Positions 1-9,590 of a DNA stretch of 64,000 nucleotides are shown here, in pieces. Position 1 is the first letter of the stretch, and each line of letters begins with the position of its first letter. A program made the position numbers and the translations under genes. Location of the stretch: positions 62,001 through 126,000 of IMG/VR virus record IMGVR_UViG_3300020172_006270; one strand, written 5' to 3'. The notes below the pieces were generated by a model. The model saw nothing but the letters and a program-made list of their open reading frames with translations, searched no databases and had not been told where the DNA came from.

Positions 1-559
1 TATCGAATGGTTCGTAAACGTCAAAGGTCTTATTGAGTCTGACGGGCAGATCGGCCAACTTCCACATAGGGCTGTAGGATACAGAATAGTTGATATTTCC
101 ATCTGGTCGTGCGGCACTCTTCATGTCCTCTTTTGCAGGACCGATGCCGTGGAAGCCAACTGAAGTATCGAAGTCAACAGTGATGGTACGCTCACGCATA
201 CCGCCAGGGTGTTTCTTCTTCTCGGTCAACTTGTGAACTTCTGGATGATGATAGAGTTCCAGATATTCAAGAGGATCGGTATCGTCAGGATCGAATCGTT
301 GTGGCTCTTGAGCCTGTGCGTGAAACTCATCCAGTTGACGGCACCATGAATATTGGGAAATCACCAACTTCAATAGTTTGTATTTGTCCACCGCCTCGAA
401 GATTTGTTTCAGGGTGGTCCCTTCAGCAATCTCGCAGCGGGAGCGAAGATGGGTAATGATGCTCAGTTTTTTGGGACGCTTGCGAAGAAACATACGCTTC
501 TTGCCGTTCCACTTGTGAAGCACGAGTCCATTGGGAGTGAACTCAATATGCTCTGACAT
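1..559 (-). CDS. hypothetical protein, runs off the left window edge
   Basis: ATG at 559 (MSEHIEFTPNGLVLHKWNGKK...), open to position 1; abuts the 562..843 ORF. Confidence 0.75.
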   Translation of the reverse strand, partial: MSEHIEFTPNGLVLHKWNGKKRMFLRKRPKKLSIITHLRSRCEIAEGTTLKQIFEAVDKYKLLKLVISQYSWCRQLDEFHAQAQEPQRFDPDDTDPLEYLELYHHPEVHKLTEKKKHPGGMRERTITVDFDTSVGFHGIGPAKEDMKSAARPDGNINYSVSYSPMWKLADLPVRLNKTFDVYEPFD

Positions 560-561
560 GA

Positions 562-843
562 TTAGTCTCTTTCTATGAGTCGGGAACGGGTGCTGACAAC
601 GCCAGCTTTGTATTCTTCGGAAACCAACTCTGCGACGTTGATGTATCCTTCGCTTTCTAAGAAAGCGTTCAAGCCCCTAACGATTGAGTCGGGGCTTGAA
701 TTTTTGGACGTAGCACTAAAGGTGCGTAGGTCCGCTCGGAAATCGTCGTCATGCTTGAACCGATGAATCCAATACTGTGCAGTTCCATCTACTTCCAACA
801 AGTATATTCGGAAGGGTAAACTTTGAATAATGTCGTGCCTCAT
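562..843 (-). CDS. hypothetical protein
   Basis: 93-aa ORF in a tightly packed minus-strand run. Confidence 0.65.
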   Translation of the reverse strand: MRHDIIQSLPFRIYLLEVDGTAQYWIHRFKHDDDFRADLRTFSATSKNSSPDSIVRGLNAFLESEGYINVAELVSEEYKAGVVSTRSRLIERD

Positions 844-871
844 ACAACATTATGTACTGTTTGCCCACGGC

Positions 872-2095
872 TTACTCGTTTGTCATCATGCCCATCTTGG
901 GGAGGAATACTTCCAAAGGCAAGGTTTCCTGATCGCCCGAAGTTGATCTCATTTGCTTGAGAGTCACAGTCCTTGCGGTCTTTTCTTTTTCTCCCAAGAT
1001 GACCATATACGGTACTTTTTTCTCATACCCGATGGCAATCTTTTGTTGTAGCGTCCGATTCGAGTGATCGCATTCACACCGAATCCCTTGAGCGAGCAAG
1101 GCTTCTTTGACTTCGTTGGCGTAATCAGCAACCTTGTCGCTGATTGGTGCAATAGTAACACCGACCGGAGCCAACCACATTGGTAAATTCCCATCAGTGT
1201 GTTCTAACAGCACACCGATGAAACGCTCGAAGCTGCCATATATCGCTCGGTGAATAACAATCGGAGTTTGTTCTTTGTCTTCCTTGTCGGTGTAAGTGCA
1301 ACCGAATCGCTGCGGCAATTGGAAGTCTAACTGGATAGTAGCAGTTTGCCATTCACGACCCAGGGAGTCAGTTACAATGAAGTCGATTTTCGGTCCATAA
1401 AAAGCACCGTCTTTATGAGCCACGTCAAACTTCAAATTATTTTCACACAAGGCGTCTTCAAGGCTTGCTTCAGCATTATCCCAAGTCAATATATCGCCCA
1501 TGAAGTTATCGGGACGAGTGCTGAGTACGGATCGGAACTTCATTCCGAACCAGCCGTATACTCTGCCGATCATAATGAGAATTCGCTTGATCTCGCTTTG
1601 CAGGTTGTCCGGCGAAACGAAAATATGGGCATCATCTTGGCAGAACGCACGACAACGAGTAAGTCCACCCAAGGCACCGGAAACCTCGTTTCGATGCAAT
1701 GGGCCATACTCGGCGAACCGCACGGGCAAATCTCGATAGCTCCACTGCTTTGAGCGGAATATCTCCATATGCCCAGGGCAGTTCATTGGCTTCAAACAAC
1801 AATCTTCATGTTCTTCGTCTTGCTTCTCGCCAGTTGGCTTATCGCTGACGAAGAACATATTTTTCGCATAGTGGTCCAGATGCCCGCTGGTTGCATAAAG
1901 TTCGGACTTCCAGACGAGTGGGGTCCGAACTTCTTGGCAACCATTGGCTTCATTGAGTTGGCGAATGCGATTCAGCAATGATTGATAAAGGACAACTCCC
2001 TTCGGAAGCCAAATCGGACAGCCCGGAGATAGAGGGCTGAACATGAAGAGGTCTAGTTTCTGGCCGATTGCTCGGTGGTCCCGGTTGTTGTCCAT
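872..2095 (-). CDS. thrS: threonyl-tRNA synthetase, catalytic core plus anticodon-binding domain only
   Basis: DHRAIGQKLDLF, KPMNCPGH, HRNEVSGALGGLTR, QDDAH, GAFYGPKID, TIQLDF, IHRAIYGSFERF motifs; starts at the catalytic core. Confidence 0.97.
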   Translation of the reverse strand: MDNNRDHRAIGQKLDLFMFSPLSPGCPIWLPKGVVLYQSLLNRIRQLNEANGCQEVRTPLVWKSELYATSGHLDHYAKNMFFVSDKPTGEKQDEEHEDCCLKPMNCPGHMEIFRSKQWSYRDLPVRFAEYGPLHRNEVSGALGGLTRCRAFCQDDAHIFVSPDNLQSEIKRILIMIGRVYGWFGMKFRSVLSTRPDNFMGDILTWDNAEASLEDALCENNLKFDVAHKDGAFYGPKIDFIVTDSLGREWQTATIQLDFQLPQRFGCTYTDKEDKEQTPIVIHRAIYGSFERFIGVLLEHTDGNLPMWLAPVGVTIAPISDKVADYANEVKEALLAQGIRCECDHSNRTLQQKIAIGYEKKVPYMVILGEKEKTARTVTLKQMRSTSGDQETLPLEVFLPKMGMMTNE

Positions 2096-2771
2096 TTATT
2101 CCCTCGATTAAGCCACGCAGTTCTTTGTTTTCGGAGCGTAACTCTTTCAGTTCTCTAAGAATTTGCAGAAGCAGAGAACCGTAGTCGATATACCCTTCTT
2201 CTGATTTCTTTTTCTTTTGATATTCTTCATTCTGGCGATCTCGTTCTTCAACATATCGAGGTTTATTCTCGGTCAGTCGAGCTTCAATTTCGCCCCAAAT
2301 CTTCAGTAGCTCTTTGCGACTCGAAGATTTCTTTTGGGTTGTCGCTAGTTCACGTTCGAGTCGTCGCTTTTCGTCCGTGAGCCATTGCCGTTCTTCAACG
2401 AAAGTGTCGAAGCTGGGGATGTCAATTTCCATCTTTTGAGCTTCCGCATATTTTTGTCTCTTTCGAGGGTTGTTTGTTGTCTTGGGTGGTCGGGCGAGTC
2501 CCCGATATGTTGGTTCGTCAGCAATTACTGTGACGAGCCGATATTCATCAATTGTTACTGATTCGAGAATGAACAACACTCCGGCGTTGAAGCTGTAAAC
2601 CGATCCATCTAAACGAGGGAGCGGATAGGGCAAAGGTTCGTTTTTCTTGATGACCCTGGACGCTTTTACGGCTTGAACGATCTCCTGTACGTTGACTTCT
2701 CCTGTTTTTGACGCACGTTCTTTCCATCGCAGTAAAGCGTGGTCCGTGACGTGGACGGTTTCGGCACGCAT
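1950..2771 (-). CDS. hypothetical protein (N-terminal TDHALLRWKER motif, coiled-coil C-terminus)
   Basis: RBS GGGAG before ATG 2771; 3' end overlaps thrS by 146 nt. Confidence 0.7.
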   Translation of the reverse strand: MRAETVHVTDHALLRWKERASKTGEVNVQEIVQAVKASRVIKKNEPLPYPLPRLDGSVYSFNAGVLFILESVTIDEYRLVTVIADEPTYRGLARPPKTTNNPRKRQKYAEAQKMEIDIPSFDTFVEERQWLTDEKRRLERELATTQKKSSSRKELLKIWGEIEARLTENKPRYVEERDRQNEEYQKKKKSEEGYIDYGSLLLQILRELKELRSENKELRGLIEGINGQQPGPPSNRPETRPLHVQPSISGLSDLASEGSCPLSIIAESHSPTQ

Positions 2772-2796
2772 GTTATCTCCCTTGTAAGGTGAAAAA

Positions 2797-3063
2797 GGAG
2801 ATGCAACCGTCCGTAGCCTGGATTTTGTTCTATGTCGTCATTTATCTCGGAGTTACCTCCGGTCCTTGTGGACTGCACCGACCCGACCGTACAAACGCCC
2901 TGCTCACCGGCTCCGGTCTGTATGGCTTGCACCCTCGGTAGTTCAGACGCTAATCGCCCTTGCGGGTTTTCGCTCCTACCTTAAAAGCAGTGGTGTCCAG
3001 AACTTCCTCTATGATCTCCCCTTGCGAGGAATCACAGCGACGACTCGACCTTGTTGCATCCCC
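2797..3063 (-). ncRNA. rnpB: RNase P RNA, minimal form (about 267 nt)
   Basis: P1 GGGGAUGCAAC/GUUGCAUCUCC; P2 GUCGUC/GACGAC; P3 GCAA hairpin; CR-I GAGGAAGUUCUGGAC and CR-V GAACAAAAUCCAGGCUA forming P4; P5 CACC/GGUG followed by CAAG; P18 CGGAG-GUAA-CUCCG; CR-IV AGAUAAAUGAC. Confidence 0.92.
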
Positions 3064-3099
3064 TTATATCATACCAATGGAGCTTGACTGGTGCGATAG

Positions 3100-3128
3100 A
3101 TCATACCACGCATTGGCGAAACTGTAAA
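3100..3128 (-). promoter_or_regulatory. sigma70-type phage promoter upstream of the RNase P RNA
   Basis: TTTACA-17nt-TATGAT with CGTGG before the -10; a second TGGTATGAT lies at about 3068-3076. Confidence 0.7.
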
Positions 3129-3129
3129 A

Positions 3130-4005
3130 TCAGAAGTAGGCCCCCAGGCCGTCTGATCGGTGAAAGAAGAATTTTTCATCCATCGGGCGATCATCGACAA
3201 TCGGGCGAATCCAATTTTCGTTCATCAGTCCGTTGAAAAACGGAGTGTCATATCTCCCACCTTTAATGCCGAATATCATTTGTAACATGCCACCAAGAAT
3301 CATATGTGATTTGCGCATGTTCTTTAACTCGTGAGCAATTGGCATCGAATAAGCACCACATCCTAATAATGCTATATCGAAATCAATGCTTTTTATTTTT
3401 TCAATCAACAAATCAGCGGTTTCAAACATATTGCCATTAGGCAGAACGCAAGAAAATCTTTTGGAGTTAAATGTGATTGGCGATTTAACAATGTGCAATT
3501 GTTCAAATTTGGGATAATCAAAAGAGAACAGTCGCTTGCCATATTGCATTTTTATGGAATATTCAAACGGACTTACAGCCAATATCTTTTTGTTAGCCAA
3601 TAATGGAAGCCATTCTGACAATCTATACATTGCCTCGATCACAGAAAAATCATGCAGTCTCTTTAGTTGCAACCAACTTACAATTGGCTTCGTATCGCTG
3701 CCACCAGTTCTGAACCAGTTCAGGAATTCACCTGCCGCAAACAACATACTTGAATCTCGCACGTTGTTTTCATATAGGTCCATGAATTTTTCTAAGTTGC
3801 TTTGTTTGTTTTCCAGGTCGTAGTATCCAGAAAACTCCTTTAATTTGTCGATTGCTTTTTCGGGACTGATCTGGAAACGCCGAGAGGCGGCGAGATTATG
3901 CTCGCCGCCTCCAACACGAATAAAAGAAAAATAGTCGCTGGCTATCTGCCTCTGCATTTCCTCGACCGTTCGATCTATTGGAACTAATTTGTTAATCGGC
4001 TCCAT
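3130..4005 (-). CDS. glycosyltransferase-like protein (GT-D-fold-like)
   Basis: FDIALLGCGAYSMP..ILGGMLQMIFGIKGGRY motif; AT-rich; start uncertain. Confidence 0.6.
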   Translation of the reverse strand: MEPINKLVPIDRTVEEMQRQIASDYFSFIRVGGGEHNLAASRRFQISPEKAIDKLKEFSGYYDLENKQSNLEKFMDLYENNVRDSSMLFAAGEFLNWFRTGGSDTKPIVSWLQLKRLHDFSVIEAMYRLSEWLPLLANKKILAVSPFEYSIKMQYGKRLFSFDYPKFEQLHIVKSPITFNSKRFSCVLPNGNMFETADLLIEKIKSIDFDIALLGCGAYSMPIAHELKNMRKSHMILGGMLQMIFGIKGGRYDTPFFNGLMNENWIRPIVDDRPMDEKFFFHRSDGLGAYF

Positions 4006-4228
4006 CAACATTTTGAAATTCCTGGTTCTGAAAGCGTCTACACCCTTCTTCAAATTCTGAGCGGGTAGGCAATACTGGTGCAGTATTTAATTGCACGCCA
4101 ACAATATTTGCAATCCTTTCAAACAAATCTGGATAATACCAGCAACGGTCATGGCCTTGTTTACTATCCCATTCGAGAATAACTTCTCGAATATCTTTGA
4201 TTTGCTCCTCGCTAGATTTGTTTGACAT
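3992..4228 (-). CDS. hypothetical protein
   Basis: 78-aa ORF coupled to its neighbours. Confidence 0.65.
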   Translation of the reverse strand: MSNKSSEEQIKDIREVILEWDSKQGHDRCWYYPDLFERIANIVGVQLNTAPVLPTRSEFEEGCRRFQNQEFQNVDGAD

Positions 4229-4544
4229 ATTGTCTTATAAACCTCACTTCTGCCGGGAATAGTTCTTCAGGAATTTGGCGAGCATCACTTCCTAGAATCA
4301 ACCAAGCGACTTGGTTTGCGGTTTTTGAGCTTGCAGCAATTTGACCACTTTGAGAAATAGACAAATGCCACGCTTTGATGGTTTCGTATATCTCATAGGT
4401 CAACATGATGTCCAATTCAACTTCATCAAAAGATGCTTGCCACAAACACTCTTTAGGGGCGAAAGGCGATTTGATAGGATCGTGCGGTCGCTCTATTGCA
4501 ATGCGTTTCATTTCGTTGATTAAATCATCATCAAGTTTTTTCAT
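4212..4544 (-). CDS. hypothetical protein
   Basis: 110-aa ORF in the operon. Confidence 0.65.
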   Translation of the reverse strand: MKKLDDDLINEMKRIAIERPHDPIKSPFAPKECLWQASFDEVELDIMLTYEIYETIKAWHLSISQSGQIAASSKTANQVAWLILGSDARQIPEELFPAEVRFIRQYVKQI

Positions 4545-4553
4545 GTTGGGCTT

Positions 4554-5642
4554 CTAAAGATAATAGGGTCGGAATTCCTCAACAGCAATCCAAATCAGAC
4601 CGTTTTTTGCACGGCTGGCCGCTGTATAAGACCACCGCACGTTGTCCCACTTATCGCATCGCTGCTCATATACGATCACGTTGCCCCACTCGTCGCCCTG
4701 GGCTTTATGACAAGTAATCGCATACGCATAATCAAACGGGTTGGCAACCTGCGAGAAGTCAAACTGGTTGGAGTCCTTGCCGAATTGATCTGGGTCGTAA
4801 TGCACCTTCTCGAAGAAGTTGCCGTCCGAGATAAAGTCGAAGCGGTCGTTCTTGTGAATCTTCTGAACGACTCCCTGCATTCCGTTGAATAGACCCTGCT
4901 TCTTGTTGTTCCTCAAGCAGATAACCTTCTCGCCTTTTGCGATGAAGGTATATTGGATTTTCTTTTCAATACGCACTCGCTCGTTGAGTTGCACACGAGT
5001 CTTATTGAAGGCACAGATGATTTGATCGACCGAGGCAAGGTGTCGATCCTCGATCATCTTTTCTCGGACAATCTGAACTTGCTTCGCACCCTTAAATGAA
5101 TTCGCAGATTGGCCCTTGCGTAGATGCTCGGCAAAATATGCAATCTCGCCAGCATTACGGTGAACCGTCTCCAGCTTATACATTGGATTCTGCATAAGGT
5201 TGAATTTGGTTCCAATAGGCTCAAGCTGGCCGTGATCGCCGACATAGATAATCGGCAAGCCGAACGACATGAGATCGTCGTGTATTTCCTTGCTCACCAT
5301 CGACGCTTCATCAATGATGAAGCCATCCACACCTTTCGTCATCAGATCGGACTTATCTGTGAGGAACCATACAGTCTCTCCCTTTTCGTCTTTGTAGGGT
5401 TGATATATGGTGCTGTGGATCGTATTGGCATTCATTCCTTTTTTACGCAATACGTTAGTGGCTTTTCCGGTGAAAGCCGCTGCGCAAAAAGATCGCCCTT
5501 TGCGATGAAGGGCGTCGAGCATCACTCGAATAATTGTTGATTTTCCGGTCCCCGCATATCCACCAAGAGTTTGCATCTGGTGGTTGTCCATGTTGCCCAC
5601 CAGGAGCTTCAGAACATCTTTTTGTTCAGTTGTCAGGGACAT
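4554..5642 (-). CDS. SF1B helicase, Dda/RecD-like
   Basis: GYAGTGKST Walker A, IIDEASMV, VGDHGQLEP, YAYAITCHKAQG, YTAASRA. Confidence 0.92.
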   Translation of the reverse strand: MSLTTEQKDVLKLLVGNMDNHQMQTLGGYAGTGKSTIIRVMLDALHRKGRSFCAAAFTGKATNVLRKKGMNANTIHSTIYQPYKDEKGETVWFLTDKSDLMTKGVDGFIIDEASMVSKEIHDDLMSFGLPIIYVGDHGQLEPIGTKFNLMQNPMYKLETVHRNAGEIAYFAEHLRKGQSANSFKGAKQVQIVREKMIEDRHLASVDQIICAFNKTRVQLNERVRIEKKIQYTFIAKGEKVICLRNNKKQGLFNGMQGVVQKIHKNDRFDFISDGNFFEKVHYDPDQFGKDSNQFDFSQVANPFDYAYAITCHKAQGDEWGNVIVYEQRCDKWDNVRWSYTAASRAKNGLIWIAVEEFRPYYL

Positions 5643-6168
5643 ATCGACCTTTTCCGTAAGCCCTAATGAGGGGTTCCCACTCACTTAATTCATCACAAGT
5701 CAATTCCCACGTCTCCGGGCTGGTATTTTCACACAAGCGGAGACAGACCTCCAATTCTTCTTTGGAGATTACGTCGATGATGTGATTCATGGCGTCGGCT
5801 TTATTGGCCTCAATCTCTAGCTTGAGACTCTGCAAATAAGCCCATTTATAGGAAGACTTGATTCTAGCATAAAGGTCTGCGGGAGCATATCCCGGAATTC
5901 CAATTCCAGTGGCATGAAGCTGCTCTGCCTTCTGGTGGCAATCAAGAGACGAACCTAACCACGAGGGCTTCGTGCAGCGATCCGTACAAAGAGAAATGCC
6001 ATTGGCAGCACAATAGCCGCCGAATGGCATGTAATGGCGATCAGTGATGTGGTGAGCGTCTAATTGGTCAACGCTCTCAGGCTTATGCCCGCACATAGCA
6101 CAGGCATATCCGTCCCGTTTGAATACGGCGTTACGAAAATCGTCCCTTAGTGATTTTTTGCTGCTCAT
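5626..6168 (-). CDS. HNH endonuclease
   Basis: VFKRDGYACAMCG, DAHHI, NGISLC...CH. Confidence 0.85.
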   Translation of the reverse strand: MSSKKSLRDDFRNAVFKRDGYACAMCGHKPESVDQLDAHHITDRHYMPFGGYCAANGISLCTDRCTKPSWLGSSLDCHQKAEQLHATGIGIPGYAPADLYARIKSSYKWAYLQSLKLEIEANKADAMNHIIDVISKEELEVCLRLCENTSPETWELTCDELSEWEPLIRAYGKGRYVPDN

Positions 6169-6328
6169 TTTTGTAGCCTCGGAAGGTGAGTTTGTACCAC
6201 CACCATCGGACCCACGCTCGTAACTTTCGCCGCTTTTGTGACCGCTCGATATTGGCGAGCAGATTCATTGTGGAAGTATTCTTTTGCAGAATTTCCTGGT
6301 ATCGTTCTTCGTTTGGACTGTTGCTCAT
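6131..6328 (-). CDS. hypothetical small protein
   Basis: RBS GAGGA before MSNSPNEE. Confidence 0.55.
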   Translation of the reverse strand: MSNSPNEERYQEILQKNTSTMNLLANIERSQKRRKLRAWVRWWWYKLTFRGYKNEQQKITKGRFS

Positions 6329-6335
6329 ATTTTCC

Positions 6336-7112
6336 TCACAGGTCAATATCGAAGTCGAAATCAAACCCATCGAAAAATTCACCGCTGGCACCCATTGCGC
6401 CGCCGATGAATTGCAGTCCATAAATCAACACTGCTAGTGGGGCAAACAATATTGTCGCCACTGCAAACACGACTGGCCTGCGATGGCTCTTTGACTTCCC
6501 CTTCGCCACACGGCGATAACCAATTCCAGAAGAAAAAGCCAACGCCATTCCACCACACAATAGCCAAACGATCACGACCCAACCGACCGATGAAATGCCT
6601 TCGAGTATACCAGCCGGGTTCTTGGCTGTTCTAACTCTTGTCAAGTCGTCCTCACTTCCGAATAGTCCATCTGGACCGGCAGATTGAATGGTTGCAATTT
6701 CATTGAACCACTTTTGGTGATAGCTCACCTTGATCTGTTGACCCCAGGGGTCGGTTTCAGTCAAGCCTTCAGTCTTCTCAAATCCGAAGCCATCTTTGGT
6801 TGCTTTTTCCTGGACCATAGTGGCCCACTTAGCAACCATTTCGTCTCCGTCTTTAAGCTGTTGAGCCTGCTGTTCGTGCTGGGCCTTGATTTGCTCCTGC
6901 TGCTCCTGGCGTTGTTTGGCTTCTAATTCCTTTTGTGCTGCGATTTCTTCGGGCGTCGGGCCTCCAAACCCTAATCGCTGAAGCATTGTCTTCTTTGGCG
7001 GTTCTGCCGCTGCCACCTGTGTCGATCCCGCCACGGCAGCGTTTTCTTTTGGCTTGCCATTGCATCCAATCAACAATAGACAAGTTAAAAACACAACCTT
7101 CGTCTTCATCAT
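6336..7112 (-). CDS. lipoprotein/membrane protein with a GspG-like C-terminal motif
   Basis: lipobox LLIGC; DPWG...SAGPDGLFGSEDD; two C-terminal hydrophobic helices. Confidence 0.7.
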   Translation of the reverse strand: MMKTKVVFLTCLLLIGCNGKPKENAAVAGSTQVAAAEPPKKTMLQRLGFGGPTPEEIAAQKELEAKQRQEQQEQIKAQHEQQAQQLKDGDEMVAKWATMVQEKATKDGFGFEKTEGLTETDPWGQQIKVSYHQKWFNEIATIQSAGPDGLFGSEDDLTRVRTAKNPAGILEGISSVGWVVIVWLLCGGMALAFSSGIGYRRVAKGKSKSHRRPVVFAVATILFAPLAVLIYGLQFIGGAMGASGEFFDGFDFDFDIDL

Positions 7113-8401
7113 ACTTCCTCTGCTAGAGTTCGGAGCGAGTCTAGGGTGTCAGGAGTCTTGAGGATTTGCCCCAGGCTCACATAGCCGCCAGTCTTGTCGC
7201 TCAGATCAAAATTGGCGTCAATGAAGTCGATCACTTCTTGTGGATCAATCGAGCGATTGAACACAATATTCGGACCATGCTCTTGAAGATACACAGCACT
7301 CAAGTTGCCAAACTTTTTCAATCCCTTGCTGGTGTTCTCGCCACACTGATGCGAACCACACTCGTATTCTCTCTGCGACACCTGTGGCACGTCCGACCCA
7401 TCTTTGATCGGGCAATGGAAGTGAACGATACAATCGTATTCAGCGTGATCGTGGAATACGATTCGCTGGCTCTGGCCACCAACGCTAGGTTTTGCTCCAT
7501 AGGCAATCACACTGTCCGGGCCATCGGTTTCAATGCGAACCAAGCCTGTATTCGGCAGATCGTTGAAGTTCGACTTCCGAATGCTTGTAAGGAAAGTATG
7601 GTCATTTACCTTACAAGCAAAATGCCCTACAGTGGCTCCCCGGAAGGGCTTATAGGCCCCAGCACTGATACAGTGGTCAACCACCGTGCGAAGTGCTTCA
7701 GGCACCAATTCGGAATCCCACGGCACGGCCTCACCAGCCACCACAGTTGACCGAGTAAAGGTCAAATGGGAGCGGAGCAGTGTCATTTCGATCAGGCCCA
7801 TCAAGGCAGCTTCACGATCAGTCGTTTCGTGATACCGAGCCTCTTCCGGCGTGATGACCATGTTCAGTCGAGTCTTCACGTCGTTGGCAAGAACCAAATT
7901 GACGCTGGCCTCTTTCAGAAGGTTCAGTCCAGCGATGTATTGTTCTTCTGGCGTGGCACCCGAAGTCGTTTTGAAGGCAACTGCGAAAATATCCTTGCGG
8001 TGTTTTCGGATATTGCCAACGATCTTCTTTGAAGGCACGAAGTCCAAATGAAGTTTTGGATTCTCACGAGACTTCAATCGTTTGCCGTATTTATCGGCCT
8101 CGCCGTCCAACTCGAAGTCCACCAGAGCGGCAGTCAAGAATACGATCTTGGATGCTGGATCAGCCACGATCTCGTCAATCAGCTTGGCAATATCGGCATT
8201 GGTTTCCAGTTCGCTCCCGCCTGCCATCTTGGTCAGGTAAAGTTCGGAATTCAAATTGTGTGCTTTCACTGAACAAATACGATGAATCGTATTTGCCACC
8301 TTGCCATAGGCCGGAGCGCACAAAGCCAAATGTGGGCCAATGTGTGCGACCGTTCCACCGCCGATGATATGAATCTTTTTGTTTGCAGCCATGATATTCA
8401 C
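7109..8401 (-). CDS. CoaB(DFP)-like ligase domain fused to a class II aldolase/adducin-like domain
   Basis: IIGGGT..I, TAALVDF, AFKTT, NLVLANDV resemble CoaB; KPSV, VHFHC, QEHG resemble class II aldolase. Confidence 0.65.
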   Translation of the reverse strand: MNIMAANKKIHIIGGGTVAHIGPHLALCAPAYGKVANTIHRICSVKAHNLNSELYLTKMAGGSELETNADIAKLIDEIVADPASKIVFLTAALVDFELDGEADKYGKRLKSRENPKLHLDFVPSKKIVGNIRKHRKDIFAVAFKTTSGATPEEQYIAGLNLLKEASVNLVLANDVKTRLNMVITPEEARYHETTDREAALMGLIEMTLLRSHLTFTRSTVVAGEAVPWDSELVPEALRTVVDHCISAGAYKPFRGATVGHFACKVNDHTFLTSIRKSNFNDLPNTGLVRIETDGPDSVIAYGAKPSVGGQSQRIVFHDHAEYDCIVHFHCPIKDGSDVPQVSQREYECGSHQCGENTSKGLKKFGNLSAVYLQEHGPNIVFNRSIDPQEVIDFIDANFDLSDKTGGYVSLGQILKTPDTLDSLRTLAEEV

Positions 8402-8444
8402 CCTTCTTGCGACCTAGAGAGTTGGCAAGCCGTTCGGTTCAATG

Positions 8445-9590
8445 CTAATTCCCGTATTTTGGCCGAACACCGAAAATGTGCGGTATGAATCGACTCATGT
8501 TCCCCGTCACAAGGGTCTTGTCTTCTCGAATGCCGATTCCACATGCCCAGCCATTGACCATCCAACTCCCAATGCAGGCGTGGTTGCCGTCGAACTTGGG
8601 TAATTCCCAAAGATGCTGATATACACACGGGCCATCATAAGGACCATCAGTTTTGAGCAGCAATTCTCCATGCTCAAATATTTGCACATTAGCACCCTCA
8701 CGACTCAGAATAGGCTTCTGAACGTAAGGCTTATTGCGAAGCGGTTGGAATGATGCTTCCAACAGGTTCGGATGATCTGGAAACAACTCCCACAGCACAG
8801 GCAAGATTGCCTTATTGCTCAAGAGTGCCTTCCAAGGAGCCTCAAGCCATTTGCTTGTTTTGAGGAACAGCTTTTTGCCGAACTCATCAGTCTGCATCCA
8901 TTCCCACGGATACAGCTTGAAGCAGGTTTGAATGGGATTTTCATTCAGGTCGGTAAATGTACGGCGACCTTCGTTCCACCCAATGTTCTCAATGTCAATA
9001 TATTCCGTCTCCCAGCCAGCTTGGATGGCGGTATCACGGAGATAATTGACGTTCATGTAGTCTTCGAGATTGCCAGCAAGTGCTGTGAAGTACAACACTC
9101 CTGGCGTTACGGCTCTCAGTTCTTTCCACACTTCGATCAGTCGTTCGTGGATTGAGTTGAACTGGTTGCGATTCGGGAATTTGTCTTTGGCCCAATACCA
9201 TTGGGTTACAGCGGCTTCGATTAGGCCGGTTGGCGTATCAGCGTTATATTCCAACATTTTGGGTTGGGTTTTTCCGTCGTAGGAAAAATCAAACCGACCA
9301 TAAATGGTGTGTTCATCGTGTTCCCAACTGTCACGAATGAACTGATGGAATTCAGGCGGGATCAAGAAGGCATCGAAGAGATTATTGTCGATGACGTGTT
9401 GGACGGCCTCAAGACAACGATCATTCAGTTCGTAAGACGCCGCTTCGAGGGTGTTTATCTCGGCAGCATCAAATTCGTAGTATGCCGATTCATCCCAATA
9501 AATATCACCATCGAATGTATGAAACAACATGCCTTGACCTTCGACGGTCTTCTTCCAGTCGGGCCGAAGATCAGTTATATGGCGTTTCAT
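8445..9590 (-). CDS. glutathionylspermidine-synthase-family ATP-grasp ligase (YgiC/YjfC-like)
   Basis: YWDESAYY, YGRFDF, LEYNADTPT, FNSIHERLI, FKLYPWEWM, KPILSREGANV, GIGIRED. Confidence 0.93.
   Translation of the reverse strand: MKRHITDLRPDWKKTVEGQGMLFHTFDGDIYWDESAYYEFDAAEINTLEAASYELNDRCLEAVQHVIDNNLFDAFLIPPEFHQFIRDSWEHDEHTIYGRFDFSYDGKTQPKMLEYNADTPTGLIEAAVTQWYWAKDKFPNRNQFNSIHERLIEVWKELRAVTPGVLYFTALAGNLEDYMNVNYLRDTAIQAGWETEYIDIENIGWNEGRRTFTDLNENPIQTCFKLYPWEWMQTDEFGKKLFLKTSKWLEAPWKALLSNKAILPVLWELFPDHPNLLEASFQPLRNKPYVQKPILSREGANVQIFEHGELLLKTDGPYDGPCVYQHLWELPKFDGNHACIGSWMVNGWACGIGIREDKTLVTGNMSRFIPHIFGVRPKYGN

Noticed and set aside
2666-3236. Short ORFs 2666..2932, 2866..3087 and 3051..3236
   Set aside because: They overlap the RNase P RNA or its promoter.
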